This document shows positions 1 to 8,584 of a stretch of 64,000 nt of DNA, in pieces. A program made the translations under genes and the position numbers. Location: positions 3,116-67,115 of the forward strand of contig CAZRMW010000003.1 of assembly GCA_964601305.1 (NCBI GenBank). The letters run 5' to 3'. The notes below the pieces were generated by a model, which worked only from the letters and a program-made list of their open reading frames with translations, made no database searches and had not been told where the DNA came from. Source of the stretch: an uncultured Candidatus Saccharibacteria bacterium. Its GTDB lineage: Bacteria > Patescibacteriota > Minisyncoccia > JAHISW01 > Tagabacteraceae. The first letter of the stretch is position 1, and each line of letters begins with the position of its first letter.

Positions 1-24
1 GTGGAGGGGTAGAATGAGGGGAGT

Positions 25-2805
25 ATGGGTAAAAACGATATAAAACAGAAGATTCAAGAACTTGTTGATAAATACGACGAGGTTGTTAAAACTGGGGAAC
101 TAAAAAAATATACCGAAGAAGAAACAAAGAAAGATTTTATTTTGCCTTTATTCGAGATTTTGGGATGGGATGTTTTTAATAAAAAAGAAGTTTCTGCAGA
201 AGAAGGAATAAAATCAGCCGGTAGGGTTGATTATGGTTTTTATATAGATTCTAAGCCAAAATTTTATCTTGAGTGTAAGGCGCTCAAGGCTGATTTGCAC
301 GATGTAAAATTTGCTAAACAGTCAATTAGTTATTCGTGGAACAAAGGCGTTACCTGGGCGGTGTTAACGGATTTTGAGAGTATAAAAGTCTTTAACACAC
401 AAAATATTTCAGAAACTCTAGCAGGTAAAATGCTTTTTGAAATTCCATATAAGGAATTTGTAGATAGACTTGATCAATTACAACTACTTTCTAAAGATTC
501 TTTTGAAAAAGGACTAATAAATGAATACGCTACGAAGCACGGAAAGATGCTTCAGAAAGTTTCTATTACTTCTGTTTTGTCAAAAGATTTAAATGAATGT
601 AGAGACATTTTAATTGAGGAACTTTCAGCTGCAAACGAAGGATTAGAAATAAGCGATGAGTTATTGGATGAAGGGGTTCAAAAACTTTTAGACAGGTTAA
701 TTTTTATAAGAGTGGCAGAAGACAGAGGAATTATAGACCCACCTGTTTTAAAAGCCATGATTCGACAATGGCAAACCGGGAGAAAGAAAGGGGAAGAACT
801 TTTTGAATCTATGGTTTCTAAATTTAGAGAGCTGGACGACGAATTTAACTCAAATTTATTTACAGAACATCCATTTGAAAAATGGAAAGATTTTGGAGGC
901 GGAGCAACAGAAAAGGTGGTGAAAAAACTATATGGAAAAGAAGGCTATTATGAATATGATTTTAAAGCGGTGCCCGCTGATATTTTGGGAGCTGTTTATG
1001 AAAATTATTTAGGGTATCGTTTGTCTCAAGCTAAAAAGGGAACAAGATTAGGTAAAGATTCAAAAAAGAGAAAGGAACAGGGGATTTATTATACTCCAAC
1101 TTTTATAGTGGACTACATTGTGGAAAATGCCCTAAAACCAGTTTTAGACAAGTGTAAAAGTGTAAATGACTTAAATAAAATAAAAGTTTTAGATCCGGCT
1201 TGTGGTTCGGGGTCCTTTCTCTTGAAAGCGTTAGAAACTATTTATGAAAAACACGTGGAGTTTGGAAATACTGCAGATGAATCTATGGTAAAAGCCACTA
1301 TTTTGACGAGTAACATCTATGGAGTTGATTTAGATGAACAGGCAATAGAAATTGCTAGATTAAATTTACTATTAAGTGCTTTAACAAGCCAAAGAAAACT
1401 TCCTCTTTTGGATAAAAATATTAAAAATGGAAATTCTTTAATTTCTGGTACAGACGAAGAGCTTAAAAAATATTTTGGTGAAAATTATAGAGACAAAAAG
1501 CCATTTAATTGGGAGGAAGAATTTCCAGAAGTTTTTGCACAGGGTGGTTTTGATGTGATTATAGGCAACCCGCCGTATGTTTCCTATTACTCAAAACAAG
1601 CCCAAAAAATTGACAAAGAGGTAGAAAATTTTTTAAGAAATAAATACGAATTTTTGGATGACGGGAAAGGAAAAATGAGAATTAATTCAGTTATGTTTTT
1701 CTTAGAGAGAGCCTGCTTTCTTTTAAAAAAAGAGGGGATATTTTCATATATTATTGATTTAAATATCCACGAAAACCCATTTAAGAGTATTAGGAAATTT
1801 ATTTCTGAAAATATGAGAATTAATGAGGTTGTTAGTGGCATAACTGCCTTTGATGGTATTGGTAGCGGTCAGGTGATATTGAATGCAAGTAAATCTAACA
1901 ACAAAAATTGTGATGTAAAAATTAAGAACAATATAGATGGAAAAGTTAGGACAATAAAATATGAGGATTTGATAAAAGATAAAAATTTTTCGTGGGAAAA
2001 AGAAGAAAACGAAGAGCTTATAAACAAAATAGAAAGAAATACAATTCAATTAGGAGATTTGGTGAAAATAAATACTGGTGTTGCTGTTTATGCTACAAAA
2101 GAAGGAAAAGAAACGTTTATTAGGGATAAAAAATGCGAAAAATGTTATCCTTTTTTGATTGGAGGTAAGTCTATACATTTTTCTTATTGTGTTCCTCTGT
2201 ATAATAAATATTTATTGTATGACAAAAGTTTGGAAAAGGATTTTAATGATAAATTTGATGAAGAATATTTTAAAAAACAGGGCTCCCACCAAAGACCTTT
2301 TAATTTACGAAAAAAGGAAGAATATGATAGACCTAAAATAATTATTAGACAATCTGATGTTAAGCTAACAGCCACTTTCACAAAGGAACTAATGTATGGC
2401 AATTATTCTTTGTTTAATTTATATGACAAAGAGAATAACGCAAAAATCCTAAAGTTTTTACTTGGCTTAATTAATTCAAAGTTATTAACTTACTATGCTA
2501 TAAAAAAGAACATAGTTTTAATTAGTCCTGGCAAAACACCACAAATACGCAGCGGACAGAGAGGGCCGATAGGATTAAAACAATTACCAATTGTTAAAAC
2601 AGATTCAGAGCAACAGAAAACAATAATTAGTTTGGTGGATAAGATGCTCGAACTAAATAAAGAATTACAAAACGAAGTGGAAAATTCTAACAAGTGGGAA
2701 TCAATAAAAAAAGAAATAGAAAGGACGGACAAAAAAATTGACGAGGAGGTTTATAGATTGTGTGGATTAACAGAGGAAGAGATTAAGATTGTGGAAAATG
2801 AGTAA
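25..2805 (+). CDS. Type IIG-like restriction-modification fusion (PD-(D/E)XK endonuclease + N6-adenine methyltransferase + target recognition domain)
   Basis: N-terminal RVDYGF...LECK nuclease motif; MTase motif I LDPACGSGSFL; motif IV GNPPY; C-terminal TRD and coiled coil. Confidence 0.9.
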   Translation: MGKNDIKQKIQELVDKYDEVVKTGELKKYTEEETKKDFILPLFEILGWDVFNKKEVSAEEGIKSAGRVDYGFYIDSKPKFYLECKALKADLHDVKFAKQSISYSWNKGVTWAVLTDFESIKVFNTQNISETLAGKMLFEIPYKEFVDRLDQLQLLSKDSFEKGLINEYATKHGKMLQKVSITSVLSKDLNECRDILIEELSAANEGLEISDELLDEGVQKLLDRLIFIRVAEDRGIIDPPVLKAMIRQWQTGRKKGEELFESMVSKFRELDDEFNSNLFTEHPFEKWKDFGGGATEKVVKKLYGKEGYYEYDFKAVPADILGAVYENYLGYRLSQAKKGTRLGKDSKKRKEQGIYYTPTFIVDYIVENALKPVLDKCKSVNDLNKIKVLDPACGSGSFLLKALETIYEKHVEFGNTADESMVKATILTSNIYGVDLDEQAIEIARLNLLLSALTSQRKLPLLDKNIKNGNSLISGTDEELKKYFGENYRDKKPFNWEEEFPEVFAQGGFDVIIGNPPYVSYYSKQAQKIDKEVENFLRNKYEFLDDGKGKMRINSVMFFLERACFLLKKEGIFSYIIDLNIHENPFKSIRKFISENMRINEVVSGITAFDGIGSGQVILNASKSNNKNCDVKIKNNIDGKVRTIKYEDLIKDKNFSWEKEENEELINKIERNTIQLGDLVKINTGVAVYATKEGKETFIRDKKCEKCYPFLIGGKSIHFSYCVPLYNKYLLYDKSLEKDFNDKFDEEYFKKQGSHQRPFNLRKKEEYDRPKIIIRQSDVKLTATFTKELMYGNYSLFNLYDKENNAKILKFLLGLINSKLLTYYAIKKNIVLISPGKTPQIRSGQRGPIGLKQLPIVKTDSEQQKTIISLVDKMLELNKELQNEVENSNKWESIKKEIERTDKKIDEEVYRLCGLTEEEIKIVENE

Positions 2806-2867
2806 GTTAAAAACAGAAGTATTTTAATAGTTGTTTTTTTAATCCAAAGATAACCTTAAATTAGTCC

Positions 2868-2895
2868 TTGACAGCTTTGTTTATAAGCCTATAAT
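2868..2895 (+). promoter_or_regulatory. sigma70 promoter of the 2941-4499 operon
   Basis: TTGACA-16 nt-TATAAT. Confidence 0.75.
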
Positions 2896-2940
2896 TAAAT
2901 TAGGTTTTTTTATTTTTTTATCATAACTCATAATAATTAC

Positions 2941-3339
2941 ATGAAAAACAAAGATCCGTTAAAAGTATTGTTGGTAGATGAAAAACAAGGTGTTGATTTT
3001 TCTTTACTTGCAAATTTGTTAAAACACTTTGTAATAATAAGCAAAGAAAGTAAAGAAATAGAATTTTTAGCACCCTTTTATGGTTTGAAGAACAAAGATC
3101 GAATTTTAATTGTATTGTTTGCTACCAAAGCAAGAGCTGAATTATTTAACAAGGATGAAAAATTGTCTCAAAAAGAGATAATAAATTTAGGAGTGATGCC
3201 AGAAGGAAGTGTAAAAGCTGATTTGAAAGGTCTTTTTGACAAAAAAAAGATAAAAAAAGATGGTGTGAAATATTATATTCCCGTATATCTTTTGAATAAA
3301 TTACTGGGAGAAATAAAAACACCTAAAGATGACAAATAA
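2941..3339 (+). CDS. hypothetical protein, probable winged-helix
   Basis: 132 aa; C-terminal LSQKEII...PEGSVKADLKGL...YYIP resembles HTH plus wing. Confidence 0.6.
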   Translation: MKNKDPLKVLLVDEKQGVDFSLLANLLKHFVIISKESKEIEFLAPFYGLKNKDRILIVLFATKARAELFNKDEKLSQKEIINLGVMPEGSVKADLKGLFDKKKIKKDGVKYYIPVYLLNKLLGEIKTPKDDK

Positions 3340-3374
3340 AGAGAAATTGATAATTTTAAAATAAAAATAATATT

Positions 3375-3782
3375 ATGAACCAACAAAAAATCAACAAACA
3401 AATTCTGGAGCGACTTGAAAAAATTGAATTACTTATTTTTAAATCGAAGAAAAAAAATAATACAAAACACAAAGATTTTACTGACCTAACAAAGATTAAT
3501 TTTGATTTAAATACTAGAGCCTTTTTTAAAAGATATGGTAAAAATTTAACTGGTCCCAAAAATTTTACTTTAATTGTGGCTTTTTTATGCGAAGGACAAG
3601 TTGGGAAAAGTATCTTGGCAGAAGATATTATAAATTGTTGGAATAAGAACTTTGTTTTTTTGGGAGGTAAAAAACTTACCTCAGGAACTTTTGGGACACG
3701 TGCAAAAGAAAAAGAGTGGATAGATTCTAAGAAATACAGATTTTACGAACTTACATCAAAATGGCAAGAAATATTTAGTTAA
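3375..3782 (+). CDS. hypothetical protein, probable winged-helix, paralogous to the N-terminus of the next gene
   Basis: 135 aa; shares F..IV.FL..G, W.K and F..RA pattern with ORF 3786. Confidence 0.6.
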   Translation: MNQQKINKQILERLEKIELLIFKSKKKNNTKHKDFTDLTKINFDLNTRAFFKRYGKNLTGPKNFTLIVAFLCEGQVGKSILAEDIINCWNKNFVFLGGKKLTSGTFGTRAKEKEWIDSKKYRFYELTSKWQEIFS

Positions 3783-3785
3783 AAA

Positions 3786-4499
3786 ATGAAGTTGCCTCAA
3801 AATATAACAGGCTTTCTTAAACAGCTTCCCCTTAAGAAAATGAAAGGGGAAGAAGTTTTTGTTGCAATAGTTTTTTTCTTAGCAAATGGTAAAAAAAATA
3901 AAGAAATTGAAACTAAAAATGTAAAATCTAAGTGGAGTAAAACACTAATAGGGAAGAAATATAATCCTGCGTTTTCAAATCGTGCCCAAGGGAATTTAAA
4001 CCCTTGTAGTAAAGGTCAAATGTGCTTAACCAGTGAAGGTTTTGATTATATCGAATCTTTGTTTCAATCCGTGTCGTTGTTTAGCACAGGGCTTAAGGTT
4101 TTCACAAAAGGTAGTTCGCATTCGTTTGACAAATTTATTCGTAGTGTTTTTAAAAAAGCAACAAAAAATATTGATGTAGCAGATACATACGTGTCTGGGG
4201 CTATTTTTGATAACCTCTTAGACGAGGCGTCAAAAGATGTACCTATTCGGTTTCTTTACGGTAATGATGTAGGTGGATTTATTTCGAAGTCTAAGCGATT
4301 TGCTAGAGAATATAGTTTTAACGCAAAGCAAAGTAGTATATTTCACGATCGTTTTATTGTAGTTGATGACAAAGGGTACATTATGGGTCCATCACTCAAA
4401 GATGCAGCAGATAAAAAACCGGCTACGCTAGTTGTCTTAGGTAGTGTTGACTCTAAGAAATTAATCAATCTCTTTTTGGGATTATGGGGTAGTAAATAA
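3786..4499 (+). CDS. wHTH-like domain fused to a PLD-like (HKD-variant) nuclease domain
   Basis: IDVADTY and FHDRFIVVDD...GPSLKDA motifs of the PLD-like family. Confidence 0.7.
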   Translation: MKLPQNITGFLKQLPLKKMKGEEVFVAIVFFLANGKKNKEIETKNVKSKWSKTLIGKKYNPAFSNRAQGNLNPCSKGQMCLTSEGFDYIESLFQSVSLFSTGLKVFTKGSSHSFDKFIRSVFKKATKNIDVADTYVSGAIFDNLLDEASKDVPIRFLYGNDVGGFISKSKRFAREYSFNAKQSSIFHDRFIVVDDKGYIMGPSLKDAADKKPATLVVLGSVDSKKLINLFLGLWGSK

Positions 4500-4542
4500 A
4501 AAAATAGCTGGAGATTTAATAGAAAAATAAAAAAATAAATTT

Positions 4543-5079
4543 ATGAAAAAGGTTTTTTTAATTATATTTATAGCTTTTGTTGTTTGGGTTGTTTTAGGTT
4601 TTGTTGTGAGCAAAAAGGAAAATATGGAAATTACAAATTTTGATGATTGTGTATCTGCTGGTAATCCAATAATGGAAAGTTATCCCCAGCAGTGCCGAGC
4701 TGATGGAAAATTATTTGTTCAAAACATTGGCAATGAGCTGGAAAAAACTAACATCATTAGGTTAGATTCTCCTCGCCCGAATCAAATTATAAAAAGTCCG
4801 CTTGCTATAGAGGGCCAAGCTAGGGGAACTTGGTTTTTTGAAGGAGATTTTCCTGTAATCCTTACAGATTGGGACGGTAGAATTATTGCCGAAGGCTATG
4901 CTACGGCGCAAAGCGAATGGATGACAGAAGATTTTGTAGAATTTAAGGGGATCTTAGAATTTGAAAAACCAAACTATGGTGAAAGTGGGGTATTGATTTT
5001 GAGAAAAGATAATCCTTCTGAACTACCTGAGCATGACGATGCACTAGAAATTCCAATTTTGTTTTCTGTGTTAAAATAA
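4543..5079 (+). CDS. Gmad2-type immunoglobulin-like domain surface protein
   Basis: N-terminal TM, FDDCVSAGNPIMESYPQQC repeat, GQARGTWFFEGDFP, KDNPS. Confidence 0.85.
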   Translation: MKKVFLIIFIAFVVWVVLGFVVSKKENMEITNFDDCVSAGNPIMESYPQQCRADGKLFVQNIGNELEKTNIIRLDSPRPNQIIKSPLAIEGQARGTWFFEGDFPVILTDWDGRIIAEGYATAQSEWMTEDFVEFKGILEFEKPNYGESGVLILRKDNPSELPEHDDALEIPILFSVLK

Positions 5080-5080
5080 T

Positions 5081-5108
5081 ATTCTTATATTCTCAAGAAT
5101 ATGAGAAT
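5081..5108. repeat. ATTCT...AGAAT imperfect palindrome (REP-like)
   Basis: ATTCTTATATTCTCAAGAATATGAGAAT; related to the 5916-5955 palindrome. Confidence 0.6.
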
Positions 5109-5136
5109 ATACTAAAATAAATTCACAAGAAAAGTT

Positions 5137-5577
5137 TTAATTTAATATCCAAAGAAAATAATTTAGGACTCCGGCGAAGGTTACCCAGGCGAGGTAGGGA
5201 ACTAAGAGAAGGCCGGCTAGTTTACGCGCTTTATAGAATTTGAATATTAAAACTAAGATTAAAATCCAGAGAACTATAAGATCTAAAAAAGCATAAAAAG
5301 GGCTTTTTAATCCAAAAAATAAAACAGACCACAACCCGTTGAAAAACAGATGTACAAAGAAAAGTACTTTGTGTTTCCAGACTAGGTACAAAGCAATTCC
5401 CATCAAAGCGTAGAGTGTAATCCAAACCGGAGAGAATATCCAGCTTGGCGGATTGAAAAAGGGTTTCTCTAGGTTTTGGTACCAGGTAGATGATACTACT
5501 GGGCTGGTAAAAAAAGCTCCCCCTATCCCAACAAGCTGGCAAATCAAGATTGAAAAAATAAGTTTGGTAATTTTCAT
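5137..5577 (-). CDS. tspO: TspO/MBR tryptophan-rich sensory protein
   Basis: WYQNLEKPFFNPPSWIFSPVWITLY, LVPYLAWVTFA. Confidence 0.92.
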   Translation of the reverse strand: MKITKLIFSILICQLVGIGGAFFTSPVVSSTWYQNLEKPFFNPPSWIFSPVWITLYALMGIALYLVWKHKVLFFVHLFFNGLWSVLFFGLKSPFYAFLDLIVLWILILVLIFKFYKARKLAGLLLVPYLAWVTFAGVLNYFLWILN

Positions 5578-5639
5578 ATACTATAATTTTAACAAAAAAT
5601 TGTGTTAAAATAAATTTATAAAATTAAATTAAAAAATTT

Positions 5640-5816
5640 ATGGAGTTGAAAAAAAGTTTAACGACAAAAGAGAAGATTAGGAGGAATTTTATTTTTGCAG
5701 CGTTAGCTGCCATAGTGGCGGTTTTTCTGGCAAAAAACGATTTTGCTGCCATTCTTCTTTTAGCAATTGGTATTGTATATGGAGTAATCGTTGCCCAAAA
5801 TTATCTAAAAAAATAA
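5640..5816 (+). CDS. small 2-TM membrane protein (58 aa, not in ORF track)
   Basis: MELKKSLTTKEKIRRNFIFAALAAIVAVFLAKNDFAAILLLAIGIVYGVIVAQNYLKK*; followed by a terminator hairpin. Confidence 0.6.
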   Translation: MELKKSLTTKEKIRRNFIFAALAAIVAVFLAKNDFAAILLLAIGIVYGVIVAQNYLKK

Positions 5817-5851
5817 ACACATATTGATTATATCTTGGCCAAATAATTGCT

Positions 5852-5899
5852 CTATTGTAGTCATTTCAGCCCTGATTTGACTACAATAGGGTGTTTTTT
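5852..5899 (+). terminator. intrinsic terminator
   Basis: CTATTGTAGTCA...TGACTACAATAG stem followed by a T run. Confidence 0.6.
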
Positions 5900-5915
5900 G
5901 CTGTTTTGTGCGGGA

Positions 5916-5955
5916 AATAACATTCTAATATTCTTAAGAATATTAGAATGTTATT
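5916..5955. repeat. perfect 40-bp palindrome
   Basis: AATAACATTCTAATATTCTTAAGAATATTAGAATGTTATT equals its own reverse complement. Confidence 0.9.
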
Positions 5956-6091
5956 ATAAGGTAAAAAGCTGTTGATTTAGCAATTGCGGGTAGGTAAAAT
6001 AAATTTATGTCCGAAAAGAAGATAGAAAAAAATATGAAACCGACTGTTTTTGAGAAAATATTAGAGTTTGCATGAAAACTAAAAAACAAAA

Positions 6092-6481
6092 ATGACATCG
6101 GATTTTATTAAAAAACAGATAAGGTTATACAAAACATTTGATAGTTGTTTTTGTTTTGCTTTACAAGAGAATGTTTATTTTAATGCCGATGGCTTAAACC
6201 ACATCCTGTATTATAGAAGAAGGCCACGAAAACATTCGGAAAAACATTATAGAGCGAGTTTAATAAAACACATAAAAGAAGTTATTGAAAATTCAAAAAC
6301 AGCGGTTAAAGAAATAAAATCTGATAATCCTCTTGTTGTAACTTGGAGCTTAGAGTATAAAATAGTAGATAAGAAGGACAATTTTAAATGTATTGTAAAA
6401 GTTGTTTTAAAAAAGAAAGGAGATGGCAAAATTTATTTTTTGAGTGTAATGAGCAACAAAACAAAAAAACCCAAAACCTAG
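6092..6481 (+). CDS. putative BECR-fold (barnase/EndoU/colicin E5-D/RelE-like) ribonuclease
   Basis: 129 aa basic protein; VYFNADGLNHI and terminal KIYFLSVM strands resemble PBECR/LPD3-type domains (recall only). Confidence 0.5.
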   Translation: MTSDFIKKQIRLYKTFDSCFCFALQENVYFNADGLNHILYYRRRPRKHSEKHYRASLIKHIKEVIENSKTAVKEIKSDNPLVVTWSLEYKIVDKKDNFKCIVKVVLKKKGDGKIYFLSVMSNKTKKPKT

Positions 6482-6558
6482 GTTTGGATTGTTTTGTGTG
6501 TTCATTGCTAGCTTAAGAATTCTTTAGCTAGGGAGGGGCTTTCGCCCATGAACACACC
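6463..6558 (-). ncRNA. candidate ~95-nt three-way-junction RNA convergent with ORF 6092-6481
   Basis: promoter TTGACT-17-TAATAT (6590-6562); 10-bp closing helix; GGGC-GAAA-GCCC hairpin; terminator with T7. Confidence 0.65.
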
Positions 6559-6651
6559 TACATATTAACTATTAAAGAACAAAAAGTCAAGAGTTATCCA
6601 CATAAAATTAAAATAATAAAAAACTAAGGGGCTATAAATAAAAACTGATCC

Positions 6652-8145
6652 ATGCAAATAACCAAGACTGATTATTTGGAATATACTTACTGTAGGAAAA
6701 ATCTTTGGCTTAAGAAACACAAGTCGGAGCTTTTTGAGGGTGTGGAGCTTTCTGATTTTGAAAAGAAAATTATTGAAGAGGGGAACATTGCCGACGAGGA
6801 AGCGAGGAATTTGTTTGCGGGCGGGGTTTTGGTTGAGTCTGTTGGGCAAAAAGCTGTTAGCGATACAAAAAAAATATTGGAGGAACAGGGGAAAACTGAA
6901 ACGATTTTTCAAGCTACTTTTAGCGAAAACGTTTTTTATATCAGAGCGGATGTTCTTAAATACAATAATGTGTTGGGAGGCTGGGAGTTGTACGAGGTTA
7001 AAGCTTCTAACGATGTTAAGTTAAAAGTACCTCATCATTATGTAAACGATTTGGCTTTTCAGAAATTGGTAATAGAAAAAACTGGGATTAAAATTGTTAA
7101 ATCAAGCGTTATTCATTTAAACAAGAGGTATCGCAAGATGGGCGAGATTAATCACCAAGAGCTTTTTGTGTTTGCTGATCTTACAAACGAAGTGAATGAA
7201 GCGCAGGAAAAAGTTCAGCAGCAAATGCTAGATATTAAACAATACTTAAGTATGGATGAAGAAAAAGGTTGTGAGTGTTTGTCTCGTGGAACTAATAGCC
7301 AATGCACAACTTTTAAATATTCAAACCCTAAGGTTCCCGAATATTCGGTGCATGATATTTGTCGAATTGGGGCAAGTAAAAAGATTTTTTATGACTGGAT
7401 TGATAGAGGCATTTATTCGCTTGATGATATTGATAATCCAGAGGTGCTTACTGGAGCTAAACTAGCTCAATACAATGCTTGTATGAAGGGCAAAGCTCTT
7501 ATTGATAAGGAAAATATTAAAAAAGAGCTGGAAAAATTGGTTTTCCCATTGCAGTTTTTTGATTATGAGGGATTTGTTAGTGCTATCCCTGCGTTTGATA
7601 ATTTTGGTCCATATGAGCAAATTCCGTTTCAATATTCACTTCATGTGATGAAAGAAGATGGAAGTATAACTCATAAGGAGTTTTTGATAACTGAACCATC
7701 TGGAGACTTGACGCTTCCGCTTGTTCTGCAAATGAAAAAAGATATCGACCCTAAGGGGACCGTTGTTTCTTGGTATAAAACCTATGAAAAACAAAGAAAT
7801 GAAAAGCTTGCCAAATTGCATCCCGAGCATGCTGATTTCTTAAACGAGATAAATGAAGGAATGTACGATCTTATGCATATTTTCTCAAAGAATTATTATG
7901 TCGATCCTGCTTTTAAAGGTAGTGCAAGCATAAAGAAAGTTTTGCCTGTTCTTGTACCAGAACTGTCTTACGCTAATATGAATATCTCAAAAGGAGATCA
8001 AGCAAGCGAAAGATGGGAAAAAATGATTTCAGATAATAGTTCTAAGGATGAAAAAGAAAAGATTGCTAAGGATTTGCTTGAATATTGTAAACTCGATACT
8101 TTGGCGATGGTTAAAATTTATGAAAAACTGAAAGATTTGAGCTAG
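6652..8145 (+). CDS. DUF2779-type protein (PD-(D/E)XK N-terminal domain + RNase H-like domain)
   Basis: RADVL...ELYEVK, FFDYE, PYEQIPFQYSLH, SIKKVLP, YCKLDTLAM. Confidence 0.85.
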   Translation: MQITKTDYLEYTYCRKNLWLKKHKSELFEGVELSDFEKKIIEEGNIADEEARNLFAGGVLVESVGQKAVSDTKKILEEQGKTETIFQATFSENVFYIRADVLKYNNVLGGWELYEVKASNDVKLKVPHHYVNDLAFQKLVIEKTGIKIVKSSVIHLNKRYRKMGEINHQELFVFADLTNEVNEAQEKVQQQMLDIKQYLSMDEEKGCECLSRGTNSQCTTFKYSNPKVPEYSVHDICRIGASKKIFYDWIDRGIYSLDDIDNPEVLTGAKLAQYNACMKGKALIDKENIKKELEKLVFPLQFFDYEGFVSAIPAFDNFGPYEQIPFQYSLHVMKEDGSITHKEFLITEPSGDLTLPLVLQMKKDIDPKGTVVSWYKTYEKQRNEKLAKLHPEHADFLNEINEGMYDLMHIFSKNYYVDPAFKGSASIKKVLPVLVPELSYANMNISKGDQASERWEKMISDNSSKDEKEKIAKDLLEYCKLDTLAMVKIYEKLKDLS

Positions 8146-8148
8146 GTC

Positions 8149-8176
8149 TTGACAAACTTGCTTTTGGGAGTATAAT
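8149..8176 (+). promoter_or_regulatory. sigma70 promoter
   Basis: TTGACA-16 nt-TATAAT with no sense-strand ORF before the terminator. Confidence 0.75.
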
Positions 8177-8181
8177 GGAAA

Positions 8182-8493
8182 ACAGGAAGATTGAAAAAGA
8201 AATTTTTTGTTGGTAATACTTTCAAAAGACCCCCGGAAAGGTTTTCTTTTGTGGTATTACTGAGACAAAGACAAATTTTAAGTTTGTTAAGTGATATCTG
8301 GTACCATCCCCGGAAAGGAAAAACCAGAGTTTTATAAAGACCCCCGGAAAGGTAAACCTTTGTAAAGTCATTAGTAGATATGCAATGTGAGAGATTGTAT
8401 ACTAACAAGCAAAAAATTTAGTCTAAAAATCTTCTTTTTCTAGTGGAAAAGGGCAGGTGTCTAATCACAGACTACCTGCCCTGTTTGTTTTTT
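8182..8493 (+). ncRNA. candidate ~310-nt structured RNA with three CCCCGGAAAGG hairpin loops
   Basis: promoter, three identical 11-mers capping stems, long-range closing helices, terminator GGGCAGGT...ACCTGCCC + T run. Confidence 0.65.
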
Positions 8494-8584
8494 GTAAGCA
8501 AGTATGTTATAAATATCTTGGATTTGTTTAGTGTAGATGAAGTTTGAAAATTTAATTTAATCAAACAGATAAGAGGAGGTATTT

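Noticed and set aside
6007-6095. Stop-codon reassignment (TGA inside a tiny ORF MSEKK...EFA*)
   Set aside because: Many genes end in TGA and long genes have no internal TGA; the standard code fits
6496-6557. Hammerhead ribozyme
   Set aside because: The three-way junction lacks the CUGANGA core on either strand
8225-8355. CRISPR array from the CCCCGGAAAGG repeats
   Set aside because: The repeat is only 11-16 nt, spacing is irregular (77 and 34 nt), and there are no cas genes
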